Assembly (NCBI GenBank): GCA_002269645.1
Contig: NIVC01000374.1
Coordinates: forward strand, 310,001-374,000
Direction: 5' to 3'
DNA from: Macrostomum lignano
Lineage: Eukaryota
Length of the DNA stretch: 64,000 nt
The translations under genes were made by a program, and so were the position numbers. The notes under the pieces were generated by a model. That model made no database searches. It was not told where the DNA came from and saw only the letters and a list, made by a program, of their open reading frames with translations. Of the stretch, positions 51,591 through 63,300 are shown in pieces (within the stretch, counting starts at the first letter, position 1; each line of letters opens with the position of its first letter).

Positions 51591-54063
51591 ATGCAAGCCA
51601 ATGAGTCCGCTACAAACAACACCTCATGCGATTCAGTCGAGCTCTTCTCCATCACGGTGGAGCACCCAGCCTATCTCACCCAACTCGCCATCTGTTTTGC
51701 CGGCCTGGGTTTGAACGCAATCACCATGGCGGTATTTTTTGCTGGCAAAGAGTTCAAAGGGGCGCCGTTCGTGTTCATGACAGCCCTGGCCTTGTTTGAC
51801 ATTCTCACTTTGCTGCTTAAGGCTCCAGAGTGCTTCGTTCAGGCAGTGAGAAAGTGAGCACTTTTGTTTCTATGGCGTTATTGATTTTTCTCGGTAAGAC
51901 CGCATTAATCCCATTACTAATCCCACTATTACCGAATCCCACTCTATCTAATCCCATATTACCGAACCCACTCTCCATAAGACACGCTAGTCGTGCTTTT
52001 ACTTAATTGGGAGACACACCCCTTTCGGCTACTCAAAGCTGACCCGTCCGTTAATTAGAGTCGTCGAACTCAGCGCGGTCTCAAATAACAGTCTTGGCAA
52101 TTTTCAAGAGTATCAATAGCTGACCTTTGAGTCGCTAAATCCATGTTGAGCCTAAATGAATGCATTGTGAGCTTAATTTTTCCTGACTAAATTAACTCAA
52201 AAAGCTTTCTCAAAGTGCTTTTAACAAGAGTTTTTTTGTAATTCTTTTGACTAAATAAATCAAATTGTTTACTCTAAAAGAACCTAAAGCTTAAAAGTCG
52301 TGTACTAAATTGCTGGGTCAAACAAGCTCAATTAGGTTGGGCGTCAATGATTGCATTCAAAGTTGCATGCTTGTCACTTCGAATTTCCCCAATGACCAGT
52401 ACAGTCCTAATAATCTCCCTAATGTAAATATTAGTCCTAATATATAATCTCTCCCTTATTATTCGGACTCAACGCATCAACATTCCAGGAAGCCTCGGGG
52501 CTCTGAAGCGATCCGCCAGACCAAGCTGCTCATGTACTTCCTGTTGGCCAACGGACTCAGCCCGCTGAACAGTATCACGGAGACCGCCAGCATTTGGCTA
52601 ACTGTGTGCCTAGCCTTAGAAAGATACATCTCGATGAGTCACTATAACATCTCTAAGACTCGTTGCACCTCGTTCAACGCCATTCTAATCACAGTCGGAA
52701 TCGTCGGAGCATCGACTGTTATTAACCTGTACTCATTTTTCGGCTTCCGAGCTCGTTACGGGTACGACGAGAGTAAAAATCGAAGCTACGTAGAGGCCGA
52801 ACGACTGGAATTCTTCTACAGCCCCTGGTACGAGGTGGCCACCTGGTCGCGTGCCATTGTCAGCCAATTCGTCTCGCTAATCTTTCTGGCCGTGGCTAAT
52901 CTCTGCCTAATATGGGTGCTGCGAAGGCAGTCTAGGCGGATGAAGAAATATTCCACTAGTTCCGGCGGCGGCGGAGGCGCCGGAACCGGAAATCGCAGCC
53001 GCTGGGGCGCCGGCGAGGACAGCAGCACGTCAATGTCGGCAACGTTGACAACGCCGATAAAGCGTCCAAGCGTCAGCGTTCGACGCCAGATGGCTCAGCG
53101 ACGACTAACAGCCATGCTAATTGTGGTCATCTGCCTGGTGCTGCTGGGCCAGATTCCGTGGACGTTCGCGTTTCACAACCTGTTCCCTCTTCGGTACCTG
53201 TGCGGCTGCGGCCTAGACCAGTGCCTGGTTTACCGGCTGTACCGTCTGGTGGCCAATTTGCCCAACCTGCTGTGCTACAGTTGCAACTTTTTCATCTACT
53301 TCGGCTTGAACAAGCACTTCAGAGCGCACGCTATTTATTTGATGACCTGCGGCAGAAAGAAGCTTCGAAATCTGTCTGGTGAGCCAAGTTCTTGGTCTGC
53401 AAAAGCGTGGGGTTGTTATTCAAAGGTTCATGCAGCTTATATCCTGAACTATGCGCTCTGACGCATCTGACACCTACTTGGCACCTCTGACACATTTTAA
53501 TTCCAGGACAAAGTAGTAATCGTGGTTCCATATGCCTTTAGAAACCGGCTTCTGTGTGAGCCATTTAGTCAAGTCAGATAATAAAGTCAGGGCCGCTGTA
53601 AATCCCGCGAGAACCTGTGTATGCGTGCCTATCTGTGTGCGTGCTCGTGCTCAGGGGTTCTGCCTTGATTCTGCCCATTAACTAGCTAACAAACTAACTC
53701 GAACAACTTGCAGCTAATGGCTATTGCTCAACAGCGGGTGCTCAAAGCGAGCGTCGCTCTAACCAGCACGGAGCAGCAGCGGCGGCGGCGGCAGCGGCAG
53801 CGGCGGCAGGTAGCAACGAAATACGAGACGCGCCGGCACTTGTCGAAGAGGCTGAAGACGCCAACGAAGACGAGTTCGACGCGATGCTGTCTCCGCTGCT
53901 GTACAGCCACGGAAATTACGGTGGCAACGAGCTGCCCGATGGCTGCCAGCCGCCCATCGACTTGACGCTGCGCCGTAGGCTGTCAAGCGACTTGGAGTTC
54001 ATCGATAGCGATTCGTCGACCACGCTTAGAAAAGACAGTCAGCAGTTGAGATTTAAAGAGTGA
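51591..54063 (+). CDS. Rhodopsin-class peptide GPCR (FMRFamide/sex-peptide receptor-like), 3 exons, 500 aa
   Basis: Exons 51591-51853, 52489-53378, 53714-54063 (phases 2 and 1 consistent; 1503 nt). N-terminal sequons NES/NNT; TM1 GLGLNAITMAVF; TM2 FMTALALFD; TM3 ASIWLTVCLALERY; TM6 LVLLGQIPW; TM7 CNFFIY; poly-Ala and acidic C-tail. Confidence 0.88.
53588..53662 (+). mobile_element. Fragment resembling the SINE body segment (GPCR intron 2)
   Basis: AGGGCCGCTGTA...TGTGTATGCGTGCC...GCTCAGG resembles the internal segment of the 9980-10351 and 39597 copies. Confidence 0.4.
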
Positions 54064-55055
54064 TAAAAAGTTGTTAAAGAATGTCGTAGTACGAAATTAA
54101 GGTTTGTTTGCACCACTTATCAAACAGGCCATCGAATTTGCATAACAATTTTTTTTACAACTGTGTGGTCTTGTTTGCTGGTGACTTGAACTAGTTATAG
54201 GTAATAGCAGATAAGAACTGTTAGAGATAATGCTATTGATCGAAATGAACACTTGGAATGGGTTTAGTGCAAGGGAGGGAGCGCGGACTCTGTTCAATCC
54301 AATGTACGAGACAGTAGCCCATGTACATGCCCGGGGAAGGAAAGAAAGGAATTGATGGCCAGTCCTAGCCGGGGCGTGAGGTGGGTGACGCCGCTTTTGT
54401 TTAAACGGAACTTTGAAAGCGCTAGGTTTTATCGACTTCCTGTCCTACTTACTTAATTGACATAAACAAGATGGACTAAAGGCGGTGGACTATTCGCGTT
54501 CGTTAAAATGTTTTTCTTGTTGTCTTTAGTACATGTAAAACGCTGTTTTTCATCAATCTATAATGTTTATAATTGGCTAACTCAAACGTCATTATTGCAA
54601 TTTCAACTCCGCTACCTATGCTCCACCGCGCTGAGTCGTCTGTCTCAGGATTTCTGCAGAGAAAAAATAAACCTTGAAATTAGGACTCGTTTCAACCTCC
54701 ACGCCCGGACATTATCGCGACCCCAATTGACCATCTGTTCGGTCTTCATCCAAGCTGCATCAAATTTTATAATGGTTCATTCCCGTTCGCATTTTGTTGT
54801 TACTCGAATACCGTTTTTGTCAATCAACTACACCTACCAAAAAGTATGCTGTTTAATGTCAAAGCTACGTCCAATTTCTTGACTTTTATTATCGTCTTGT
54901 TGTAATTCTTGCATAAATTGTAATCTATTTATAGCTACTGCATATTTTAGCGAAATATCAATCAGCGATTGTAACCTTGTATTGTCCTGTCTTGTCTTTG
55001 CCCTAAAAGGTTGTTGTTGCTGTTGTGTGTGTGTGTGTGCCTCGGACCGGAGCTC

Positions 55056-58000
55056 TCAGGTGATCCACTGCGGGTGGGCCACCCTCAAGAACCTTATCAC
55101 CATGTTCTCCTCGCGCAGATCCTTCAGTTCACGCAGACCAGTGTGCTGCCGAAGCCCGTCCCAACGCGCGCACGACCACCAGTGGTCTTTATCTTCTATG
55201 TCACCGCAGTCCTCGCAAACGCCTTCTGCTTCCAGACCAATCTTCTGCCTCCAGTACTTAGTGAGTCTGCAGTGACCGGACCTGAGCTGGGCTAAGATGG
55301 AAGCAACTTTCCTGCCACATTCCGCGCGTTCAATCACACCACCGTACACCGAGCGCAGACGGGGGTCATTTATGCAGGGCCTCCACCGGTGCTTCAGGTG
55401 TCTGCGTAACGCCTCAAACTCAACGGCCGTCTGCCCTTGGGGCAAGAGCGCTGCCTGCTTTGCCAGCTCGTCGGCCCTCTCATTTCCAGCGATGCTGCAG
55501 TGGCCTGGGATCCACTGGAGGGTGATGCTGCACCATACACTCGTCCTCCTGAGCCTGTCAATCAAGTTAAATTGGCTCCTGTTTCCAGTGACCCTCTCGG
55601 TACCGGTGGCCAAGACGGCGGACTTGCTGTCAGTCAGGATGAGAGCGCTACTTGGCCTCAGCTCTTCCACAAGATCTAGCGCCAGGTGCAAAGCCGTTCT
55701 TTCCGCGATAAGGGAGCTACAGAATTCGCCCGCTGCAGCTAACTTGCAGTACTCACGTTCATCGCACCAGGCGACACAGGCCGCTCCTCCGTTCCTTCCG
55801 TTTCCGTCTACAGAGCCGTCCGTGAAGATTTTCAACTCGACCTGACCTCTTTCCTGGATGGTTCGAGCCGCGTCTTCTGCGATGTCTTCATCACCCTTCT
55901 TGGCATTGCCGGATAGGTCGGGAAACAACCCGACCCCGTCGAGTCTGAGCCTTCTCCAAGGGGGGTGCCTTTTCCTCATGAATTCCTCCCTGGGAGCCTC
56001 GCTGATGGATCTACTTTCATACCTCGCTTGCTCGCGCCATCCCTTGTTTGCCTTAAGTCTCCTGGGGAGGACGATGTCGCACATATCACGCTTGAGGCTG
56101 GGTCGGGGCTCGCGCTCAGCTTTCTCCCATTCGAGAACGCAGCGCAGGATCGCTTTTTCGGAAATGGGCGGGATTCCTGTTTCCAGGTGAACCGCTTCCA
56201 CCGGCGTTGATTTCACGAGCCCAGCTGTCAGACGGAGGGCTTCACGCTGCGCCCGCTCGATCTTTTGAACGTTGGTCTTCGAAATCCAGGGTAACCAAGC
56301 TGCCGCGGCGTACCAAACGCAGCTCTCAACGATCGCAGAGTAAACTTTCTTGAGACTCTCCGCCTGCCAGCCCCATTCCGTATTGGCCACCGCCTTGAGA
56401 ACCCTGCTTCTTCGGCGCATTTTATCGACCACGGCGTCCGTGTGTTCCTGGAAATTGAGGCCACGGTCGATGCGCACTCCCAGGTACTTAAGCGAGACTT
56501 TCCCCGCGATCTCCTTTCCGCTAATCCAGAGCTTCGGGTGGCGATTTTTGTCTTTCGTGGACTTGCTGAAGAGGCAGGATTCGCACTTCCCTGGGTTCAG
56601 CTCAATTTTAAGGCCATCCGCCCAGCCGCCGATCTTATCCAGCGCACGCTGCAGGCGTTTAGTGATCTCCTCGGTGTCATCTCCGCTGCACCAGACTGCC
56701 AGGTCATCCGCGAAGCCGCCGTACTGCACTCCCTCCTCTTTCACACCGGTCCAACCATTTACATACAGGAGGAACAGAACAGGGGAGCTCACCGCGCCCT
56801 GCGGGAGACCTTCCTGGAGGCGTCTGTATTTGCTGTTGCCGTCCCCGGCACGGACTCTGGCTTGTCTTCCTTCCAAGAAGCTAGCAAACCACCTTGTGAT
56901 CCTGGCTGGGACGCCCTCCTCCATCATTCTCTCAAGGAGTTTCACTCTCCAAACTTTTTCGAACGCTTTCGAACAGTCCAATGTCACGGCCAGAGTTTTT
57001 TTTGGTTTTTTGCTCTCCCAGCCGTCTTGAATGTGCTGCACAAGCCTGAGCACCTGTTCCTCGGTGCTTCTGCCCCTCTGGAAGCCGGCTTGCCAGGGCT
57101 GAATGATGTTATTCTCCTCCAGCCAGAAGTACAACCTGTTCACGACCATCCTTTCCATGAGCTTGGCGCAGACCGGAGTTAGGCTGACCGGTCTGTAGGA
57201 TTCCTTCGCCGCTGGGTCTTTGCCGGGTTTAAGCAACGGAACGATTTCCGCTTTCTTCCAGGACCCAGGGCATAGCTCATCTGCCCAGCTTCTGTTGAAA
57301 ACATCCAACCATCTCTGACGGCCTACTACGGAGAGGTTTTTAAGAAGCCGAACTTCAACTCCGTCAACTCCCCCCTTCTTCGTTGGGTCCATCAGCTTGA
57401 GCGCATCATCCATCTCATCCATAACGAATGGTGTGTCAAACTCCTGGTGCGCGTTATAGGCTCTTAGTCTTCTAGCCACCTCCACCCGCTTGACCCGGTC
57501 CGCCTTCCCGATCTTGACCTTACTGTTATCAGCGTACATGCTAACGAACACAGCCGCCTTTTCGACATCCGATCTGGCTTCGCGCCCTTTGTCAGCTAAA
57601 ATTTGGTTAGGCGGGGCAGTATCTCTAGCTGAGTACAGTGATTTGATGGTACTCCAGGTCTTCTTCCCGTCGTCGTTTTCTTTAAGGCTTTCCACATGTT
57701 CGGCCCAGAAGGACCGCTTCTTTTCCCTGATTTTAGCCTCCAGGTTCCTGTTTACCTCCAACCACTTTTCTCTGCTGACAGTCGTGCTTCTAGAGCAGTT
57801 GTCCCGCTCATTCTGCAGAGCGCTCAGTTCATCGTCCCAAAAAGGTTTGTACTTTCCTCCCACTTTCTTCTTAGGGATGCTCAACTCCGCCGCCTTGACC
57901 ATGGCTGCACTCAGCCCTCTGACCTCGGCTGCTAACTCGGTCCTTGGCACTTTCTCGAACAGATCATCCGCATTACGTTGGAACTCCGAGAAGTCCGCTT

Positions 58001-58620
58001 TCTTCCACGCCCAGTTTAGCTTGGTCTTCTTTTGCCGGATTTCTCTCCTGGTAGCCACGGTGACCAGGATGGGGAGATGGTCTGAGCCGAGACCTTCGAG
58101 GGTTTTCCACTCGCAGCGCTCCGCCAGCTCTCCCGCCGCCAACGAAATGTCCGGGACGCTGGTCCGTCCTGTACGCCAATCCACGCGCGTCGCGGCTCCA
58201 TCGTTTAGGATCCTGTAGTCAAATTCTTCGCACCAGGATTCCAGCTCTAAAGCCTCCCTTCTGCTGTCTCTTCCTTGGTCGTCGCAGCTTCCCCAGCTTC
58301 TGCTGTGTAGGTTTAAGTCGCCGAGAATCAGCTCTCTTCTGTCTGGTTTAAGCCAGCTCCAGACACTATCATCCTCCCTGTCGTCACTGCCTTCGACAGT
58401 GCGCACAGGGGGGCGGTAAACATTAGTGATGACACACCTTTCCTTCCTGTTAACGTCCACGATCACGCGGCAGCCCTCCGTGGTAGTGCCTTTCCAGCCT
58501 GTCCAGCGCTTGAAAGGAAGATTGTGCTTGATCAGGGTGATCAGGCCTCCCCCTTTAGACTTATCGCTTCTGCGGATCTCCACCCTGTCCTTCCGGGCGG
58601 TGGTGTAGCCGGCGAAGCGG
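55056..58620 (-). CDS. LINE polyprotein, 3' part: rest of APE endonuclease, reverse transcriptase, RNase H, CCHC zinc knuckle
   Basis: APE motifs GGGLITLI, NVYRPP, LILGDLNLH, GSDHLPI; RT motifs YRPVSLT, LDCSKAFE, GLPQGAVSSPVLFLLYV, FADD, YLGV; RNase H motifs IFTDGS, AERTAL, LTDSKS, WIPGHCSIAGNERADELAK; C-terminal CEDCGDIEDKDHWWSC. Confidence 0.93.
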
Positions 58621-59440
58621 GGGTTGGCGACTCGCTGTCAAGTTTAGATTCCTGAATGACAGCCACGTCAATGTCATGCGCTTTCAGAAACCGCTCAAGC
58701 TCCACTTTCTTATTTCTAATGCCATCGGCGTTCCATTGCAGAATCCTCAGGTTTTCCCTCCGGGCGCTCGACCAGCCCTCGCCGGCCGGGTTTCTGGTCT
58801 CTTCCTTATCCACGGCGATATTATCGGTTCTGGCTCTTTCCAACTTGTCTGAGCACATCTGGCAGGTCCAAAGGCCTTTTTTAATTTCACCGTCGATTTG
58901 AGCTCTGCTGGCTCCAGTACACTTGTTATGGAACAGTTCGTCACATCTAGTGCACCGCGCAATAACCTTAGTGACCTTGAGCTTGCCTCCACAGCCAGGC
59001 TTAGCACATCTGCTACCCTTCTCGATCCTCTCGATGCAGCGTTTTCTTCTCTCCTCAGCCGCCGCGGCATCTTCCGCCAACCAATCCTCCTGCTGAGAGC
59101 ATCCGCCGCACTTCCAATCCTTCTTTCCTTCTCTCGCTTTGCTCTGGCCCGCTCTAGTCAAGCCTGTGCAGCTGCCGTGGACTTCGTTACCGCAGCCGAC
59201 GCAGCGGACCGGGTTTTGGCCCCTAGTGATGTTTTTTCCACATCTGGCGCACGGGCCAGGGTTGGGTTCCACATCGCCGTCCCTGTCAAGCCGCTCAGTT
59301 CTCCAGCCTCTCCTGTCTTCCTGCGCGTTGGTAGCGGGTTTCACAGCATACCCTTCCAATCTCTTCCACCCTCTCTTATCATGGTGAACATGGTGATCCG
59401 CGTTACTCCGGGTGTTCGTATCCAAATTAGGAACTCTCAT
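58620..59440 (-). CDS. LINE polyprotein, 5' part: 2A-like peptide, two PHD fingers, start of APE; joined to the downstream ORF by a 1-nt frameshift
   Basis: DVEPNPGP, then C4HC3 fingers CARC...CVGC...HGSC...WKCGGC and CAKPGC...CTRC...HNKC...WTCQMC, then LRILQWNADGIRNKK...DVAVIQESKL (APE N-terminus). Adding one base to the G5 run at 58619-58623 gives a single 1461-aa ORF from ATG 59440 to stop 55056. Confidence 0.88.
59252..59275 (-). other. 2A-like ribosomal stop-go motif DVEPNPG/P
   Basis: In frame immediately before PHD1 (context RLDRDGDVEPNPGP); matches D(V/I)ExNPGP. Confidence 0.8.
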
Positions 59441-59474
59441 CCGCCGCGAAGAGGCCCCCAGAGTGTAGGACGAG
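59406..59474 (-). ncRNA. HDV-like self-cleaving ribozyme at the LINE 5' end
   Basis: RNA: CUCGUCC UACA CUCUGGGG GCC UCUUCGC GGC GGAUGAG AG UUCCUAAUUUGGAU ACGAA CACCCGGAG. P1 7 bp, P2 about 7-8 bp, P3 GCC/GGC, 7-nt L3, P1.1 CU/AG, short P4, J4/2 ACGAA with the putative catalytic C at 59418. Confidence 0.8.
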
Positions 59475-62400
59475 TGTTGCTGTTGTTGTTGTTGTTGTTG
59501 TTGCGTTTCTATACTGCACAGCAATGCATCGACTCAAGAGGACTTGCTCAAATGGAAGGAAAGTCCTCGATAGTGCAAAGCGTCACTTGAGGCAGGCGTC
59601 ATTTCCGCCCGAAAATCGTCTATTATGGAGATAGGGAATCTGTTTCGAGAACACTCCAATTGTCCTTACACTTGAGTATAGTTCGTGAGTCAACTCTAAA
59701 ATAAGAGTCGATAGACTCGTAACAGTAAGCAGTTTCATCAATAGTTTTCTTGTTTAACTCGACAATTTCTTTAGTTATTTTTGAGGCTGTGATAAAAAAA
59801 TCGAGTTGTAAACAAGTCAGAGCTTTTACTGTGTTTTGTCCTCGTTGATAAGTCATAAATTTGCATTAATTGATGTTGTGCATTCGCTTTGCTGAGTTGC
59901 GCCAGTAAATTCTGTTTTTAAAATATTTTTAAAGTTAATCGTAAATAGTTCTGTTTTTGCACATGCTTTTTAGACGTATTTTCATGTTTTAAGCGTTTTA
60001 ATCCCCATATGTGAAGTCACGATCGAATGATATTTTTCTGTCTGTTAAATAAAACTGCTAAGGAAGTTCTGACTCTGCCCACTAATTATTTTGCAAACAA
60101 CGTCAGAACCAGAATCAATTCGAAAGTCGACTTGAATAATTTACAATTTAGCGATTCAAGCAAAATAACATACTTTGCATCCAATGCAATTCATTAACTG
60201 GAGCAAGATATTTGTCAGTTCGTGACAGGAACAAAAGCAAGCAGACAGCTGAAAAATTTCGTGACTAGTTTATTCAATAGGTTTTCCTTGCTGTGGTCGT
60301 TAAGTACAAATGCAATAATTAAGAACCATGTTGGCATGGAAGGTTAGCTAAAAATGAACCAAGTTGAACTTAAGTCTAGAATATGGAGGCTCACAGTGAT
60401 TTGGCCTGGTGTAATGCTAAGCGCCTTCTGTTTTTATAATTACTAAATTCACTATATTGATCTGATCAGTCCTACTAGACTCACGCAGCAGAAACGGCTC
60501 ATTCACAATAGCATTAATTGTTCAAAGAGTCTTGTCTTCTACTTCTTAAAAAGTTTCATGTTTCTACCATAGACATCTCTGTGTCACAGCAGCCAAAAAA
60601 ATAAATCTGAGACCATTCCAAAAAGTACTCTCGCTACTTTTCCACTGGCTTGCTGACTTACAGCTGCAAGTCTATTTTCGTTCACTTTTGTTTAAATTGT
60701 CTACATAAAAATATGTTCAAATTAATATGAAATCACGTTATTTGGACTATCAGAACGAGAGAAATGATTAAAAGTAAAACTACTTTTGGGACAAGCCCTC
60801 TTGTACTCGTATTTCGCACTGCAGCATTGTTTACGTTTTTTGTAAAGGCGTTGAGCTTTATGAAAAGATTGAAAACAATCATAAAAAGGGATTGGTTATT
60901 TTTGGGCTTAGCCTACAACAGCAATTGGCGTTGACCTCAAAGCAAATCTTTCAACAGCAGAAAATTGTAAAGTGAGACGAACTGTAGCTATATCTGCAAT
61001 CTCCTTTGATTTCGCAGTCCCCCCATGCGTTCTTCGCTTTGATAGCGGCGCAGAAGGCGGGTGTCGAAGGAAGTCCTAAAACTGACAAAAGTGAGTAACT
61101 CGTGAGTGAGTAACTCGCCGGACTGAAAAGCCAGAGTCTTCTCGCTCTCTGTCTAGATTAACTGAGCTAGCAGAGAGGAGTCTTTTTTGCGATTTCAATT
61201 AATTGCAAATCCCAATTCGGTTGTAATCAGCGAGCTCGATTGTTTCATTTTCAAACTGTTTTTTTTCCTGAAATTTCTTGCTAGATTTCAGTGGCTACAA
61301 GTCTAGTTATATAGTTATACAACTGCTTTTTGCAAATTTTCTCTTTGCGTCAAAGAAACGAATTATGCTTTAACTTTGGTGCATGCATGTCAAAGATCAT
61401 GGAGATCTTTAGCAGAAGAAGTTGTACAAGTGCATGAAGAAGTATATAAACGTATAGTGCTTCGCTTTCGAGTATTTTTCGCTTGTAGCTACTGAGAATT
61501 TTTGCCGCGGGGGGCGGGCAGCACAAGCAGATGAACAAAAACTAACCTTACTCTACCTTTGTCGACATACCCTGCCGACTCGTTTTTCGGAGTGTTCGGA
61601 TTCTCGCAACTGCAGAGGCTTTGACGCAACCTGCCTCCGGCAATGTCCGGGATCTGGAGTCCGAGGGGATACGAATCGAGTAAGACAACACTTCGCACGG
61701 CAGATTCATTCTCAGGCTTAGCATACCTGACCACTGCATTGAGTGCAGAACAACGTGACTAGCATAGTGTTTAATACTTAGCTTTTTCTGATTGTGTCGT
61801 CACGTCTGTTTTCTCCAGGACATCTGAAATATACTATGTGCATGGGGCATATGCTTTCTCGGTAGAACTTTCTCGGATTGTGCTTCTATGATACTTCCAG
61901 GCCAGATTGGTTCTTGGTGAACTGCTTGAAGGGCTCACGGAGTATAGCGTACAAGGTTGTTTGTAATTGTCTATGGCAAAACCCCATATGCGTTCTCCAG
62001 AGCTCTGAATTCGCTAGCGACGATAACGGCAAAAAACGTTCATCCGACAAGATTACACATCAACCATCGACAAGGTCACAGCAATGATAACGAAGACAGT
62101 CGCCTAACGGACAATTTCGCAGATAATTGCACAGACAAATATGCAGCTGCAACTGAATTGAGCGCCGAAAAAAACCTCTTGTCTGCTCCATTTTCGGAGA
62201 TATGATATCAGACAGCCCTCTCCTGTAATCAGCGATAATTTTCGAGTAAATTAGCACGCAACAGCGACTCTTGACAGATGATTCTAATCCATTCATTCTA
62301 GACCCCTCGGAATTGGATGAAAGAACTAATAAAGGCCAAAGTTAACTGGATTCGTGACTCTTCTTTTAAAGACCGTCCTTAGGTCCACTTTTTTATTGAC

Positions 62401-63054
62401 GAGCATCTTTAAAATATGACTGCCTGTGTATCTTTGGTTGGGAAACAGACCCGATGGGAAGTTTGTTTTTCGGCAAGAGGCGCAAATACAGTCTGCAGCT
62501 GTCGAATAGTTCTCGATAGTTTTTTTTCTCTATGCATCTACTCCATTAGCGGCTGCTCCGGCTTCACCTGCTGTGAGATTGAATCGGAGAGCTTTAGTTT
62601 GAGCAGCTTTGACAGCTGCTGCGCCGTATCGTGATTTAGCTAGCTCTATTCGCTATCAACTGTCGGATAGGGGATAGATTATGCGACGGAGATGCTGTAT
62701 TTTCCTGATCATCTCCGGCTCTGTCATGCAGTTATCTTTAATCTGTGAATTTGGAAAAGAGAACCTGTAGCTAATTTTAGTGCAAAAAAAGAACTACAGA
62801 AACTTTTTTGATACGAGTGGGTCGTACACTGCAGGAATGCAAGAATCTGCCAAGGGTTACTTGCCAAGGGCATTTTATAGATTTTGCTTGTTGAATAAGT
62901 CTATATTTAGATAGCGGAAATATCTTTCATTCATAAATGTAGAATGAGGTTCTATACGTCCAGAACGTGTCTTCGATACGTGCTATCCAATGTAGGTGCT
63001 ATATCTCAGATCTCTATCGATTGAAGATTGAAAATTGAAGGACCACGTACTGTA

Positions 63055-63300
63055 CACCTTTTCACGTTTAATTTTGATCAAGGTCCAGTTCTAAAAAAAC
63101 TAGTGGAAATTCAATTCAGGCGATTCAGACTGGGGACAATTTTGTCTATGGCTAAATCTTGCTTCGGTGGCAGAATGTTTTGAACAGGGGTTTGTTTCTA
63201 TTGATTTTCCATAAGCGTTGCCCCAGTTTTAATTGTCTGAATTGAATTTCCGCTAGTTTTTTAGAACTGGACTTTGATCAAAATTGAACGCGAAAAGGTG
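63055..63300. mobile_element. Tc1/mariner-type MITE, 246 bp
   Basis: TA at 63053-63054 and 63301-63302; about 70-bp TIR CACCTTTTCACGTTTAATTTTGATCAAGGTCCAGTTCTAAAAAAACTAGTGGAAATTCAATTCAG matches the right end in reverse complement with few substitutions. Confidence 0.75.

Larger units (their letters stand above)
55027..59474 (-). mobile_element. Full-length non-LTR retrotransposon, Ingi-like (HDV ribozyme-2A-PHD-PHD-APE-RT-RNaseH-CCHC), 4448 bp
   Basis: 12-bp direct repeat TGTTGCTGTTGT at 55015-55026 and 59475-59486 (TSD); (CA)n tail 55027-55039; domain motifs listed under the ORF features; 5' end coincides with ribozyme nucleotide +1. Confidence 0.9.

Noticed and set aside
55297-59590. Plus-strand ORFs overlapping the LINE
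   Set aside because: Antisense shadows of a GC-rich coding strand.
59623-59856. 77-aa ORF with faint mariner transposase C-terminal resemblance
   Set aside because: No DDE motif or TIRs recognisable.
61350-62634. Short ORFs on both strands near the right end
   Set aside because: No consistent spliced frame or recognisable domain could be built.
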